From Octopus vulgaris (lineage: Eukaryota), in NCBI GenBank assembly GCA_951406725.2, contig OX597829.1, positions 49,848,001-49,912,000 of the forward strand: a stretch of DNA of 64,000 bases. The letters run 5' to 3'. Positions within the stretch are counted from its first letter, which is position 1. Each line of letters begins with the position of its first letter. Below are positions 39,359-52,155 of this stretch, one piece after another. The position numbers and the translations under genes are program-made. The notes below the pieces were generated by a model, which saw nothing but the letters and a program-made list of their open reading frames with translations, was not told where the DNA came from and searched no databases.

Positions 39359-39887
39359 GTTAGGAAGGGCATCCAGCCGTAGAAACATTGCCGGATCAGA
39401 CTGGGCTTGGTGCAGCCTTCTGGCTTCCCAGACTCCAGTTGAACCGTCCAACCCATGCTAGCATGGAAAGCAGATGCTAAATGATGATGATGATGATGAT
39501 GATTATTATTATTATTATTATTTTTGTTATTATTATTATTATTGTTATTGTTATTATTGTTAATATTATTGTTATTATTATTGTTATTATTATTGTTATT
39601 ATTGTTGTTGTTGTTGTTCAGGTCACTGCTTGGAATCGAACTTGGAATCTTGGGGTTAGTAGCCCGTGCTCTTAACCACTACGCCATATGCCCATGAGCC
39701 TATATGCCATGAGCATTCAAGAGATGAGGAATCATGTACATTATTTACATTGTTTACATTTGACGGATATTTGTCCTCATCTTCTTTGTTCTTGTGTTAA
39801 GAAATAAACAAGATGAGGACAAATATCCGTCAAATGTAAATAATGTAAATAATGTAAATTATTCCTCATCTCTTAAATATAGAACTG
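39205..39887 (-). mobile_element. Penelope-like element, family A (hammerhead 39262-39307, tRNA-like segment 39619-39693, inverted pLTR ends)
   Basis: TSD AAAAATCAGTGCT at 39192-39204 / 39888-39900; GACAC-CTGAAGA-A-GGCTG..CAGCC-GAAA-TGTT-GTGTT. Confidence 0.8.
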
Positions 39888-40290
39888 AAAAATCAGTGCT
39901 GACAATAATTTCTATTGAAAATCTGTGGAGACAACCTTAACAAGTGTTGAAAGAGTATAGTATATATATATATATAGTGGAATCAACAAGAATAAGTTAT
40001 AAATAAACCATTGAAATAAGATAAGGATGTCTTATAGCGCTAATCATTTTCTTTCATATAGTTCTCAAAAATAACTTTTAATTTCAAAATATCTGTTTGG
40101 TTTGACTTCATTATTACAACTCATACAATGCAATGCCACTACAAGTTGGCCAGTCTTGACTTCACTTATACGGATGTTCTAACAACAGTTCGGAGCAGCT
40201 GTTTTTATAATTGAATTTTCAGGTCGAATATTCTAGTACCGTACACTACTTCTTAGCATAATACACAGTATATATATTTGACCTCGTGTG

Positions 40291-40461
40291 TACCGTTGGC
40301 GATTTGTTTTCCTCTGTCTTTCCTTCTCCTATGTTTCCGACGAAGAGCTCCGCTCGAAACGTTAAACCCTCCTTCTTTCTTTCTTTCCTGAGCGTCCAAT
40401 AATACTATATTTGTTCCACATCCTCGCGTTGTTGTGTATTTTGGTGTTTTCTTGTTTGGAT

Positions 40462-40467
<6 letters not shown>
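40291..40467 (+). mobile_element. Penelope-like pLTR fragment, family B, with hammerhead motif at 40333-40367
   Basis: GTTT-CCGACGA-A-GAGC-TCC-GCTC-GAAA-CGTT-AAAC. Confidence 0.7.
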
Positions 40468-40539
<72 letters not shown>

Positions 40540-41744
40540 TATCATTGTTTAATGTATGCTTTCCATGCTGGCATGGGTGGGATGGTTTGACAGGAGCCAG
40601 CCAGGCAGAAGCCTAAACCAGACTTCTGTGTCTGTTTTAACAGGGTTTTTACAGCTGGATGCCCTTCCTAACACCAACCACTCAGCAGAGGGACTAAGTG
40701 GTTCTTATGTGGCACCAGCACAGGCAAGGTCAATTTTGGCAAGATTTTTACAGCTGGATGCCCTTCTAAACACCAACCACTTTACAGTGTAGACTACATG
40801 CTTTTATGTAGCACCTGCACTGACAGGGTCACCAAGTAACCTGCAAGACAAAAATCTTTTGAGAGGGGAGGGGACATTGAAGGAGGTGATCTAGTGTCGG
40901 ATGATGAAAGGTTAGAGTGAGACAGAGAGATAGAGAGCAGTCTAGTTGTTGAGGAGGTACAAGGTTACCCAGCAAGAGAGAGAGAGAGAGAGAGAGAGGT
41001 CAGGAATGAAGACAGAAACAGGTATGCTGCTGTGAAGGAGATACATGGTTACTCATCCTGAGGAAAGTGCAACTGAAGGAGAGAGAGAGAGTGGGAGACA
41101 GCAGGATAGAGATGGTGGCAAGTGTCAGGGAATACTCACAAGGGATGAGGATCAGAATATAAATGGAATGGTCAAGTAAAGGCAGAGAGAGAGATATAGA
41201 TGGTGGCAAAATGCCAGGGAATACCCTTGAGGTTTGATGGTCATAATATAAGTGGCAGGATACTGTCAAAGGAGTGTGATTAGAGATTGCAGATGGTGGG
41301 GTGGGGGGGTGAAAACCTGGGTATATAGAGTGTGGGGCAGGGACTACTGGATAGCAGTGATGCAGAGAAACAGGGAGGTGAGGGCAGAATTAGGGAGTGA
41401 GAGGTAGGCATGGTGCATGAATGAGGAAATGTGAGGAAGAGAAGAGATATAAATTGATTTGTTGGGGTAAGGTGTATGAAAAGTTTTCTTGTTATATGTG
41501 CATAGAACAAACAGTTCAGGGGGCTAGCAGATAACAATGATACAGTGAGACAAGGGCCAAGTGGACAGGAATGGGGAGTGGGAGGTAAGTATTGTGCATG
41601 AAGTGGAAATGTGAGGAAGAGAAGACAAGTGAAGATGTAGTTTGGTTTCTTGTGGTAGATTGTGAGAGGAGTTTTCCTGTTAAGTGTGGGTGGGACACAC
41701 ACTGCTTCCAGAACTCAGTTTCACTGATGTGGGTGGGTCTTCTA

Positions 41745-42322
41745 AAAAATTTCCAAACATCTCAGTCCATTGTCATTTCCTCTGCAAGGCCCAACCTCCT
41801 GAGATTGATCCTTACCACTTCATCCTACATCTCCTCTTCTGCGAGTACCATCCACTTTCAGTGATCGGCACTTCTTTATACACCTGTCCTCATTCATACG
41901 CAACACATGTCCAAACCAATCTCGTCTTCTCTCTTGCATGCTACATTTGATTCCTCTTATGCCCAACTTTTCTCTCAACCGATTTGCACTTTGTCGTACA
42001 TGTGCACTGAAGTTGCACATCCAACGGAGCATGATACCTTCGTTTCTCTCCGGTCTTACTGCATTCAGAGTCCATGTCTCCAGCATTCAGAGCCCATGTC
42101 TTTTGCATTCAGAGCCCATGTCTCTCTACCATTGACTTTAGCCATTCGCAAACAAACTTCATACAGTCTACCTTTCACCCTGAGAGAGAGTCCTTTTACT
42201 GCCAGCAACTTCCTCCACCCTATTCTTATTCTAGAAACAATACTTTCAGAGCAACTTCCACCATTGCTAATTTGGTCACCTAGGTAACAGAATCTATCTA
42301 CAACCTCAAGAGAGCCTCCTGC
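41745..42322 (-). mobile_element. RTE LINE C-terminal fragment
   Basis: MLRWMCN...LREKLGIRGIKCSMQERRRDWFGHVLRM. Confidence 0.85.
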
Positions 42323-42800
42323 AGTGCCTCATAAAAGCACTGGCGATTGTGTCACATAAAAACACTCAGCCCCCTTTGTAAGTGGTTGGCATTAGAAAGG
42401 GGCATCCAAACATACAAATCATATAAAATAAGACTGGAGTCTAGTGCAGCTCTCCAGCTTGCCAGATCACATTCCAACCCATGCCAGCATGGACAACAGA
42501 TGTTAATTGATGATGATGATGATGATGATGGCAATGGCTGCCATTTGCTTCCAATCGTGGCCGTTTGCCTCCGATCGTGGCCGTTTGCCAGCCTCGTCTG
42601 GCACCTGTGCAGGTGGCACATAAAAAGCACCCACTACACTCTCGGAGTGGTTGGCGTTAGGAAGGACATCCAGCTGTAGAAACACTGCCAGATCAGACTG
42701 GAGCCAGGTGCAGCCTTCGGGCTTCCCAGACCCCAGTTGAACCGTCCAACCCATGCTAGCATGGAAAGCGGACGCTAAACGATGATGATGATGATGATGA

Positions 42801-42834
<34 letters not shown>

Positions 42835-43295
42835 TACAGGCTTCTTACTGCTTCTGTCTACCAAATCCACTCACGAGGCTTTGGTCAGCCTGAGGCTAAA
42901 GTAGAAGACATTTGCCCGAGGTGCCATGCGGTGGGACTGAACCCAGAACCATGCGATGGGGAAGGCTAAGAGAAGAGTTAGACCACTTAACCACTCTGGA
43001 AGAGCAACAGTAGAATTTTCCCACCGTGGAGTGGAAAGAAAAGCATTTTTCCACCGTGGAAAAGCTTTTCCAAAGCTAATGCCAAAATCAAGAATATGGT
43101 TAATAAGACATGTAGCGCTGCCAATTTGGTCACCATTTTTTTTTTTTTTTGTGTGGAAACCAACATCTGGTAAACAGCATTTCAGTCTTTGCTGTTTTTT
43201 TTGTTTTTTTTGGTCATTCATGGAGCAATAGATGAAAATTGCTTCACATAATTAAATTTATGGTCATTACCCACATAATTATCGTGAGTACTGTG

Positions 43296-43780
43296 TTCAT
43301 CATTATCCTCCTCCTCCTCCTCCTCCTCATCATCATCATCATCATCATCATCGTTGTTGTCATTGTTATCATCATCAATCATCACCACCCCCACCACCAC
43401 TATCACCATCGCTTCTATCATCATTACTATCACATTCAACCCCAATATTAAAACACGCAGCCACAAGCACCCAAGACCACCAGCACTGAGACCACCACCA
43501 GCACCCATCACCACCCACCACCACAACTTCCACATTACCACTACCTTCATCGACACCACCACCCACCATCACCACCACCGCCATCATCAAATATTGTCTT
43601 CATCACAACTATCATCACAACTATCATCATTGCCACTATCATCACCTCTACCACTACCGTTATCATCATCATCATAAACATCACCACCCCCACAATAACC
43701 ACCACCATCATCATCATTGTCATCATAATCGTCATCATCATTATCATCATCTGCATTTAAATATACCTCATCATCATCCC
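43296..43780. repeat. Degenerate (CAT/CAC)n low-complexity tract
   Basis: Direct reading. Confidence 0.9.
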
Positions 43781-44218
43781 GATATTCTTAAGCTTGATAA
43801 TTCAGAACTTTAAGGTAGAAAAAATAATATATTTACATAATTTATATCGAATTATTCAAATTAAGCAAAAAGAAAACATTTTTTTTCTGGGAACAGAAGC
43901 CAAAATATGTGATTTATTCTGTTGGTTTGTTGTTTTTTTTTCAAATGGAAAAATATAAAATATTCAAGATTTTTGTTATATAGGTGACTGTGACCTATTT
44001 CTTAAAGAATTAAATTATGAAATATTTAGAATAGTTAAAACACTTAAAATATGTTAATTTTGAGTGCTTGTCGGTCTGGTATGATGGGTGGGTGGGTGGG
44101 TGGGTGGGTAGGTGGGTAGTTAAAGGAAAGAGCTTATGTCAGCCTAAGACCACAAAAATACCCTGAATAGAATAGGAAAATGGTGTAAAGAAGTTTTATT
44201 CAAAATATGAAAAAGAAT

Positions 44219-44541
44219 CAATTGCAGCGTGGAAGGTGTTTATAAGCCATTTAAAAACACACAAAAACCGTTAGATTCACTTCAACATTTAGTTTTAATT
44301 TGTGTAAAAATATTTTTGACACTTTGAGACCGCGACCTGTTCACTGACAAAATTCAATGAACAGGTTGTGGTTTCAAAGCAATGAAAATATTTTGACAAA
44401 TTAAATTTAAATGTTGAAGGGAATCTAACGGATTTTGTGTGTTTTTAAATGGCTTATAAACACATTCCACGCTGCAAATGATTTTTGTTTCAGCACACGA
44501 TCTCAGATCAGGTCACTTGCTAAGCAAGTACATCTCCTTAA
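44219..44541. mobile_element. Inverted-repeat Penelope-like pLTR element, family C
   Basis: ~125-bp arms (44222-44346 / 44355-44477); TSD ATGAAAAAGAAT at 44207-44218 / 44542-44553. Confidence 0.75.
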
Positions 44542-45773
44542 ATGAAAAAGAATATAATTTACAAAACAAGAACAACAAAAAAGACAAAAATTTTTTAAAA
44601 TAGGGAGTAAGAAAAAATAAATCAATGCAGCACCAATTGCCTCAGTTGGTCACACATCAGAAAGTTTAATGGCAGCGGCGGCTCATAGATAAAATTAACG
44701 GGGGTACTGCTTCAGAAAATTTTTAGCCGTTGTTTTAATATTATGTAAAAGGAAACAAACATATAGAAAGAATATTTATATATAAACTTGATCAGTTTGC
44801 GTTTTAGCCTCTGCCAGATAGTGTGTTTAATTTGTTCACTGAACACTGCTGCAAATAACCCCTTGTTTTTCAAAAAATCCCCCCTAAATCACAAAATAAG
44901 GGCAGGGGACTGTACCCTATTTTTCAAATCCTGGCAGCAACACTAAAGCTGGAAGCAGGATAATAATCTAATTCTACACTTTATTACATTCAAGAATATA
45001 AACATGTTTTTATGCACAACACACACAGTCAAAAAGAAACCCACTTTCTACTCAGCACTGTCATTCGTGCAATGCTCTCTCTACCTAGCATGAAGCTTCC
45101 TATCTTGGACGTGAGCATGTGCACAACAGCTAAACACCGTGTTGCTGGAACTGTAAAGAGTTCTATACAAGGATTTTTGTATTTTTTTCATAAACTAGAG
45201 GATTCCTGGACCAAGCAATACATTGTGTTCTTGAGCAAAACACTTCATTTCCCATTGCTCCAGCCCACTCAGCTGGCAAAAATGAGTTATCCTGTGATGG
45301 ACAAGCATCCCAGCCAGGTACGGAATACATACGCCATGAAACTGGGAAATTGGCCTTTATGAGTCAGCATGACTCAAAAAGGTAACTTTACTCTTTTTAC
45401 CTCCCCACTTGCTGCAGTCTTGGAAGATTCTATAAAGGATTGTAGGTGCTGTCATCCTACCTCATAAAAGGGAGGGGAATTGATATGGGACCTTCCACAA
45501 GGGAGCATATGTGTGTAAGGTAAAGATTAGAGTGTGGTGATGAATGACTTCAAAAGCAATGATCCACACAGCCATTGTGGTGCTATTGGGGTGAGAAAGT
45601 CATTTAACAAAATTATATTTCATAAGAGATTTTTCTCTGCACCAATTAGAGAGGGTAACGAACATAGAATTTAGCAGGAATGTGAGGGTGTGTGCGGCAT
45701 TGCAATTTAAAAAAGAAAGGGAAAATGCTGAATTAAGGAGAAAAAAATCTACATTATAACTGTTATAGTCAGT

Positions 45774-45815
<42 letters not shown>

Positions 45816-45816
<1 letters not shown>

Positions 45817-46031
45817 AAGGGGGTGCTGAAAAGTTCCTGGCTTTAAAGGTGTCGTGAAAGACCTGGTTGGAGGCCCAATGTTCCGAGTTCTTTTACAGGG
45901 CTTAGAAAAACTGAAGGACCATTGCAATAAGTGTGTTAATCTGAGAGGAGAATATGATGAATGAAATCATAATTAACTGATCCTTCTGTATTTTGTTTAA
46001 CCCAAAACCAGGAAATTTCAGCACCCTCTCA
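45816..46031. mobile_element. Mariner-type MITE (same family as 36887-37105, opposite orientation)
   Basis: TA-flanked TIRs CAAGGGGGTGCTGAAAAGTTCCTGG. Confidence 0.85.
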
Positions 46032-46039
46032 TATAAGTA

Positions 46040-46115
<76 letters not shown>

Positions 46116-46686
46116 TGTGTGTGTGTGTGTGCACGCGCGCGTGTGTGTGCCCACACATGAATGTTGCCATCACAAAGCTTCACTTGAACAAAACAAGGAT
46201 ATGGTGTTTACATTCCTTGTTCATATCATGACCAGCCGTTTTGCACTTTCAAGGACTTGTAGATTAAATAAAAAAAATGCCATTTACTTCAAAAGCATTA
46301 AGAGTTAGCAACAGGAAGAGCGTCCAGCTATAAAAAAAAAAAATCCTCGCTTCAAATACGTTCTTGTCCAATCCGTGGTAGCATAGAAAAAACAAACAAA
46401 TGATCAAATGAATACAGCACTGAGTAGAGTAGGTTTCAACTATTGTTTAGCATATATCTGGAGCTTATCATTATCTAAGATAGAACATAGCCTTGATTCT
46501 GTATTATAAATTATAGGTATAACTGTGTATATAAGTGTAACAGTGTTATTTCAGGCTGGCAGAGTCGTTAGCATGCTGGGTTAAATGCTACTAAGCATTT
46601 TGTCCATCTTTGTTTTTTGAGTTTAAATTCTACAGAATTCTACAGCTTTATCTTTCATCTTTTCAGGGTCGATAAAATAAGTACCA

Positions 46687-47159
46687 CATTATTTACATTT
46701 GACGGATATTTGTCCTCATTTTATTTGTTATTAACACAACATTTCGGCTGGTATACCCTCCAGCCTTCCTCAGGTGTCTTGCGGAAATTTTGAACCTGGG
46801 TTCTCATTCCGAAGGTATTTTTCGATGTTGATGTTGTTATAATTATTTTCATTATTCAGGTCAGCCCACACCCGTAACCACTATGCCATATGCCCATGGG
46901 CAATTATGGAGTGAATGTTAGGGCTTATAAATCTAATATTTTCCTATCCTTCCTTAATACTGGTTCCCATACGCTGCTCATATCTGCACTCGGTCTGCTT
47001 AGGAGGCTGTTGTGTCCTAGCATATGTGCTGCTTCTTTTAGTTTTCATATTTCCCAGTAGTGTTCTCTGTCTATTATTTTAACAACAAACAAGATGAGGA
47101 CAAATATCCATCAAATGTAAGTAATATAAAAAATTCCTCATCTCTTAAATATAGAACTG
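46687..47159 (-). mobile_element. Truncated Penelope-like retrotransposon, family A, with ORF C-terminus and inverted pLTR, inserted in an S1 SINE
   Basis: TSD AAATAAGTACCA at 46675-46686 / 47160-47171; hammerhead at 46733-46778. Confidence 0.85.
46925..47080 (-). pseudogene. Penelope GIY-YIG endonuclease C-terminal remnant
   Basis: KIIDREHYWEI*KLKEAAHMLGHNSLLSRPSADMSSVWEPVL matches the K(I/V)(I/L)DRE..W..RK(I/L)KEA..I....LNR pattern of PLE ORF ends. Confidence 0.75.
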
Positions 47160-48549
47160 AAATAAGTACCAGTTATGTATTGAGGTTCATGTAATCAACT
47201 TATTACTTCCACTGAAACAGCTGGCCTTGAGCCAAAATTTTTTAAGTTCATATTTCTACATACATTTCCAGAGGGTTTCACTTCATTATCCACTTGAATA
47301 AATTTGATTATTACATTTACAAATGTGTTTTGCAAGATTCATGATGTGAAACCATCAGCTGAAACAGATATTGTCATATATCAATGTGATGAGGTGGCAG
47401 AATCATTAGCACACTGGCTGGAATACTTAGCGGTATTTCGGCTGCCGTTACATTCTGAGTTCAATTCCCGCCGAGGTCGACTTTGCCCTTTATCCTTTCG
47501 GGGTCGATAAATTAAGTAGTAGTGAAACACTGGGGTCGATATAATCGACTTAATCGCTTTGTCTGTCTTTGTTTGTCCCTTCTATGTTTAACCTCCTGTG
47601 GGCAATAAAGATGGTCAGTATTTTTTCATTTTTGTTTTCCCTTTTTTGCCAAATAAACACACACATTATATATTTGTTGTTCGCTTGAGATTTATCATAT
47701 TTTTCATTTTATTGTCCTTTGTTTGGAAACTTTTCATTATACATCATGGAACCTCTTCAGCAACTCTCAGAATGGACTAAACAGAACAAAAGGGAACACA
47801 TGGGATGGAGAGTTGCTGATGAGGTCAGAGGATGTAAAACAGAAAATTTTCAGATAAGAACAATAACAGGAAACTGGTAGATGGAAACTGAAAAGAAGCC
47901 CATCGTATATATGTATATATATATATACAAATTGAGATAGGGGTTGTAAATGCAACCCTCTATGGGATAACATATATCCAATATACTGCTAGTGAAGTAC
48001 CCAACAAAGTTAATACATAAATGTTAAGGATTGCGATGCAATCAATTCATTTACTGTATTATATGGGCGTGTATGTGTGTGTGTTTGTGTGTCTGTGTTT
48101 GTCCCCCTAGCATTGCTTGACAACCGATGCTGGTGTGTTTACGTCCCCGTCACTTAGCAGTTCGGCAAAAGAGACCAATAGAATAAGTACTGGGCTTACG
48201 AAAGAATAAGTCCTGGGGTCTAGTTGCTCGATTAAAGGCAGTGTTCCAGCATGGCCGCAGTCAAATGACTGAAACAAGTAAAAGAGAGTAAAGAGAGAGT
48301 AACAAATCTGAAGTGAGGAATGAATATATAGTGTGAGTGTTTATTTGGCAAAAAAACAACAAAAAAAATGACTAGGCTGGAGTAGCTGTATGGTAAGTTG
48401 CTTGCTTCCCAACCACATAGTTTCTGGTTCAGTCCCATTGCATGGCACCTTGGACAAGTATCTTCTACTATAGCCTTGGTCCAGCCAAAGCCTTCTGAGT
48501 GGATTTGGTAGAAGGAAACTAAAAGAAGCGTGTTGTATATATGTATGTA

Positions 48550-48595
<46 letters not shown>

Positions 48596-48989
48596 CATCA
48601 ACTTCATCATTGTTTAATGTTTGCTGTCCATACTGGCATGGGTTGGATGGTTTGACTAGGATCTGGCAAACCAGAAGGCTGTACCAGGCTCCAATCTGGT
48701 CTGGCAAAGTTTCTTCAGCTGGATGCCCTTCCTAACACCAACCACTCCGAGAGTGTAGTGGGAGCTTTTAACATGCCACCGGCACAAGGGCCAGTCAGGC
48801 ATCACTGGCAACGACCACGTTTGAATGGTGCTTTTTATATGCCACTGGCACAGGTGCCAATCAGACGGTACTATCATCAGCCACAACATTGATTTCACTT
48901 GCCTCAACAGGTCTTCGCAGCACAGTTTATTTCCCGATGATTGAAGGATACTCTTAAATGGGCTGGTTATGCTGCACTGGTGTAGGCCA

Positions 48990-49375
48990 TGGTTTCAGTC
49001 TCACTTGGCTTGCTGGGTCTTCTCAAGCGCAGCATATCTCCAAACGTCTCAGTCACTTGTCTTTGCCTTGGTGAGGCCCAATGTTCAAAGGCCATGCTTC
49101 ACCACCTCATCCCAGGTCTTCCTGGGTCTACCTCTTCCATAGGTTCCCCCTACTGCTGGAGTGTGTCACTCCTTCACACAGCTTTCCTCTTATATACACA
49201 ACACATGACCATATCAGTACAGTTGTTTCTCTTGCACACCACATCTAATGCTTCTTAAGTCCAACTTTTTTCTCAGGGTGCTTACACTCTGTCATGTATG
49301 CACACTGACATTACACATCCAGCGGAGCATACTGGCTTCATTCCTTGCAAGCTTATGCATGTCCTCAGCAGTCAT
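48990..49375 (-). mobile_element. RTE LINE C-terminal fragment, with 3' UTR continuing to ~48600
   Basis: Reverse complement homologous to 27420-27800. Confidence 0.85.
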
Positions 49376-49437
49376 GTTCGTGTGTCTGTGTTTGTCCCCC
49401 CACCCCACCATATATATATATATATATATATATATGG

Positions 49438-49668
49438 TGGGGCGGTGAGCTGGCAGAAACATTAGCATGCTGAGCGAAATGCGTAGCCGTATTTCGTCTG
49501 CCGTTACGTTCTGAGTTCAAATTCCGCCGAGGTCGACTTTGCCTTTCATCCTTTCGGGGTCGATAAATAAAGTACCAGTTATGCTCTGGGGTCGATGTAA
49601 TCGACTTAATCCATTCGTCTGTCCTTGTTTGTCCCCTCTGTGTTTAGCCCATTGTGGGTAGTAAAGAA

Positions 49669-49672
<4 letters not shown>
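49438..49672 (+). mobile_element. SINE family S1, full length
   Basis: S1 consensus ending in (TA)n. Confidence 0.88.
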
Positions 49673-49760
<88 letters not shown>

Positions 49761-50313
49761 GTATATATATATATGTATATATTATGTATGTCTGTGTGTC
49801 TGTGTTTGTCCCTTTCCCCACCATTGCTTGACAACTGATGCTGGTATATGCTATGTCCTGTAACTTAGCGGTTTGGCAAAATAGACTGCTAGAATAAGCA
49901 TCAAGCTTACAAAGAATAAGTCCTGGGGTTGATTTGTTCAACTAAAAGTAGTGCTCTATCATGGTCACTGTCAAATGACTGAAACAAATTAAAAAAAACT
50001 TTTTAAGTCCTAAAATATAACAATATAGAATTTGATTATCTCTTCTGTAAATATCAAAAAAATCAAAATCGATAAAAATTAAGTTGCTTGATAAGAGTGA
50101 AAACTAAATGTATAAAGGAGATGTATATTAAAGATCTGTGAAGAATAACCCCCAAGGCGTTTTTCTCCAAAAATAAAGGTAGCAAGCTGGCAGAACTGTT
50201 TCCGTGTTGAACAAAGGTTTAGCAGCATTTCCTCTGATTTTGCATTCTGTGTTCAAATTCTGCCGAGGTCGACTTTGCCTTTCATACTTTTATAGGTCAA
50301 TAAAATAAGTACC

Positions 50314-50545
50314 TATTTCTTTATTACCCACAAGGGGCTAAACATAGAGAGGACAAACAAGGACAGACATAGGTATTATGTCGATTACATCGACTCCAGT
50401 GTGTAACTGGTACTTAATTTATTGACCCCGAAAGGATGAAAGGCAAAGTCGACCTCGGCGAAATTTGAACTCACAACGTACCGGCAAACGAAGTACCGCA
50501 AAGCATTTCGCCCGGTGTGCTAACGCTTCTGCTAGCTCGCCGCTT
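50314..50545 (-). mobile_element. S1 SINE nested in an older S1 SINE
   Basis: TSD ATAAAATAAGTACC at 50300-50313 / 50546-50559. Confidence 0.88.
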
Positions 50546-51206
50546 ATAAAATAAGTACCAGTTGATTACTGGGGTTGATATAATCAACTAGCCACCATAC
50601 CCTCAAAATTTCAAGCCTTTTGCCTATGATAGAAAGATTCATTCACCAAGGATATTGTTTTGTTTTAGTTTGCTTTTCCAAAATTCTTCTCAGAAATGAT
50701 CTGCTGTTCAACAACATGATACAACAGATTGTCTTTTTTATCTTTTACTATTAGTCTCTTTTGGCTGAACTGCTAAGTTATGGGGATGTAAACAAACCAA
50801 CACCAGTTGCCGAGCGATAATGGCAGGTGAATTTCAAGTACCCTACAAAGAGGGGGAACACAGTTATGTTTCCACTGACAGAAATGGTAAACCATCATCA
50901 TCATCATCATTTAATGTCCATTTTACATACTGGCATGGTTTGGATGATTTGACAGGGTCCAGTGAACTGCAGACTGCACCAAGCTCCAATCTCAGCTTTG
51001 GCACATTTTCTATGCTCCCACCTCCACCCCAACCAGTAAAACCATTGAAACATCAACCATCTTATGGTGCGTACTGGGTGTTTTTTTGGAGGGGCCACCA
51101 GGAGCACCCAGTACATAGAATAAGGTTGTTACCAATAGAAAGGACATCCAGCTGTAAAAAAAACAAAAAAACTGAGAAAGTTAAAGCTGAAATGAAATTA
51201 TATTCC

Positions 51207-51362
51207 CATTATTTACATTATTTACATTATTTACATTTGATGGATATTTGTCCTCATCTTGTTTGTTAACACAACATTTCGGCTGATATACCCTCCAGCC
51301 TTCATCAGGTGTCTTGGGGGAAATTTCGAACCTGGATTCTCATTCCTAAGGTATTTTTCAGC

Positions 51363-51422
<60 letters not shown>

Positions 51423-51659
51423 GTTCAGGTCACTGCTTGGAATCAAACTCGGAATCTTGGGGTTAGTAGCCTGTGCTCTTATGAGAACTACGCCATATGA
51501 GAAGCCATGTTCGAAATTTCCCCAAGACACCTGATGAAGGCTGGAGGGTATATCAGCCGAAATGTTGTGTTAACAACAAACAAGATGAGGACAAATATCC
51601 ATCAAATGTAAATAATGTAAATAGTGTACATAATTCCTCATCTCTTAAATAAAGAACTG
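51207..51659. mobile_element. Penelope-like family A element with two divergent hammerheads (51268-51313 minus, 51526-51571 plus)
   Basis: ~120-bp inverted arms; GACAC-CTGATGA-A-GGCTG..CAGCC-GAAA-TGTT-GTGTT. Confidence 0.82.
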
Positions 51660-51730
51660 AAATCGTATTATTTATCAACAAGATATTACACTCTAAAGAT
51701 GTTACAATCCCCAAAAACTACAATCTAGAT

Positions 51731-52028
51731 CATTGGTTCTCAGTCATTTTTTTTTTCCTTCTGGACCCCTTTGATTCCAATTTTAGTTGGTTGGACCCTC
51801 CATGCCATTTGATGTTTAAAAATTCCTACCATATTTTTATAAATAAATGTCATTAGGAAATGTATTAAAAAAAAATTGTTAAAATATTTTGTTGTATTGT
51901 AGTAGTATAATGAAATTATTGCACTTAATTTCCAGCTAAATCTTATGTGGACCTTCAAGGATCATATGGATCCCCAGTAGTCATATGGATCCCCAGTAGT
52001 CATATGGACCCCCAGTTCAGAACCACTT
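51731..52028. mobile_element. hAT (Charlie-like) MITE
   Basis: Termini CATTGGTTCTCA / AGAACCACT; flanks ATCTAGAT / GTCTAGAG fit the nTCTAGAn target; three 19-bp subterminal repeats at 51962-52015. Confidence 0.65.
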
Positions 52029-52082
52029 GTCTAGAGCATCATTTTGGTAAGAATTATGCAACAGAATGTATTTATTTTTCAG

Positions 52083-52155
52083 TTAAAGCAAAAGATGAAA
52101 AAGTTGATGAATTGATGACAACTGAAGAAACAAAGAAAAAATTATATAAAAAATG
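52083..52155 (+). CDS. Candidate internal coding exon (73 nt) of an unidentified gene
   Basis: Strong tttatttttcag acceptor and ATG|gtaagt donor; only one open frame, (V)KAKDEKVDELMTTEETKKKLYKK. Confidence 0.4.

Noticed and set aside
39619-39693. Functional tRNA gene
   Set aside because: A- and B-boxes are present but the acceptor stem does not pair; it is embedded in a repeat
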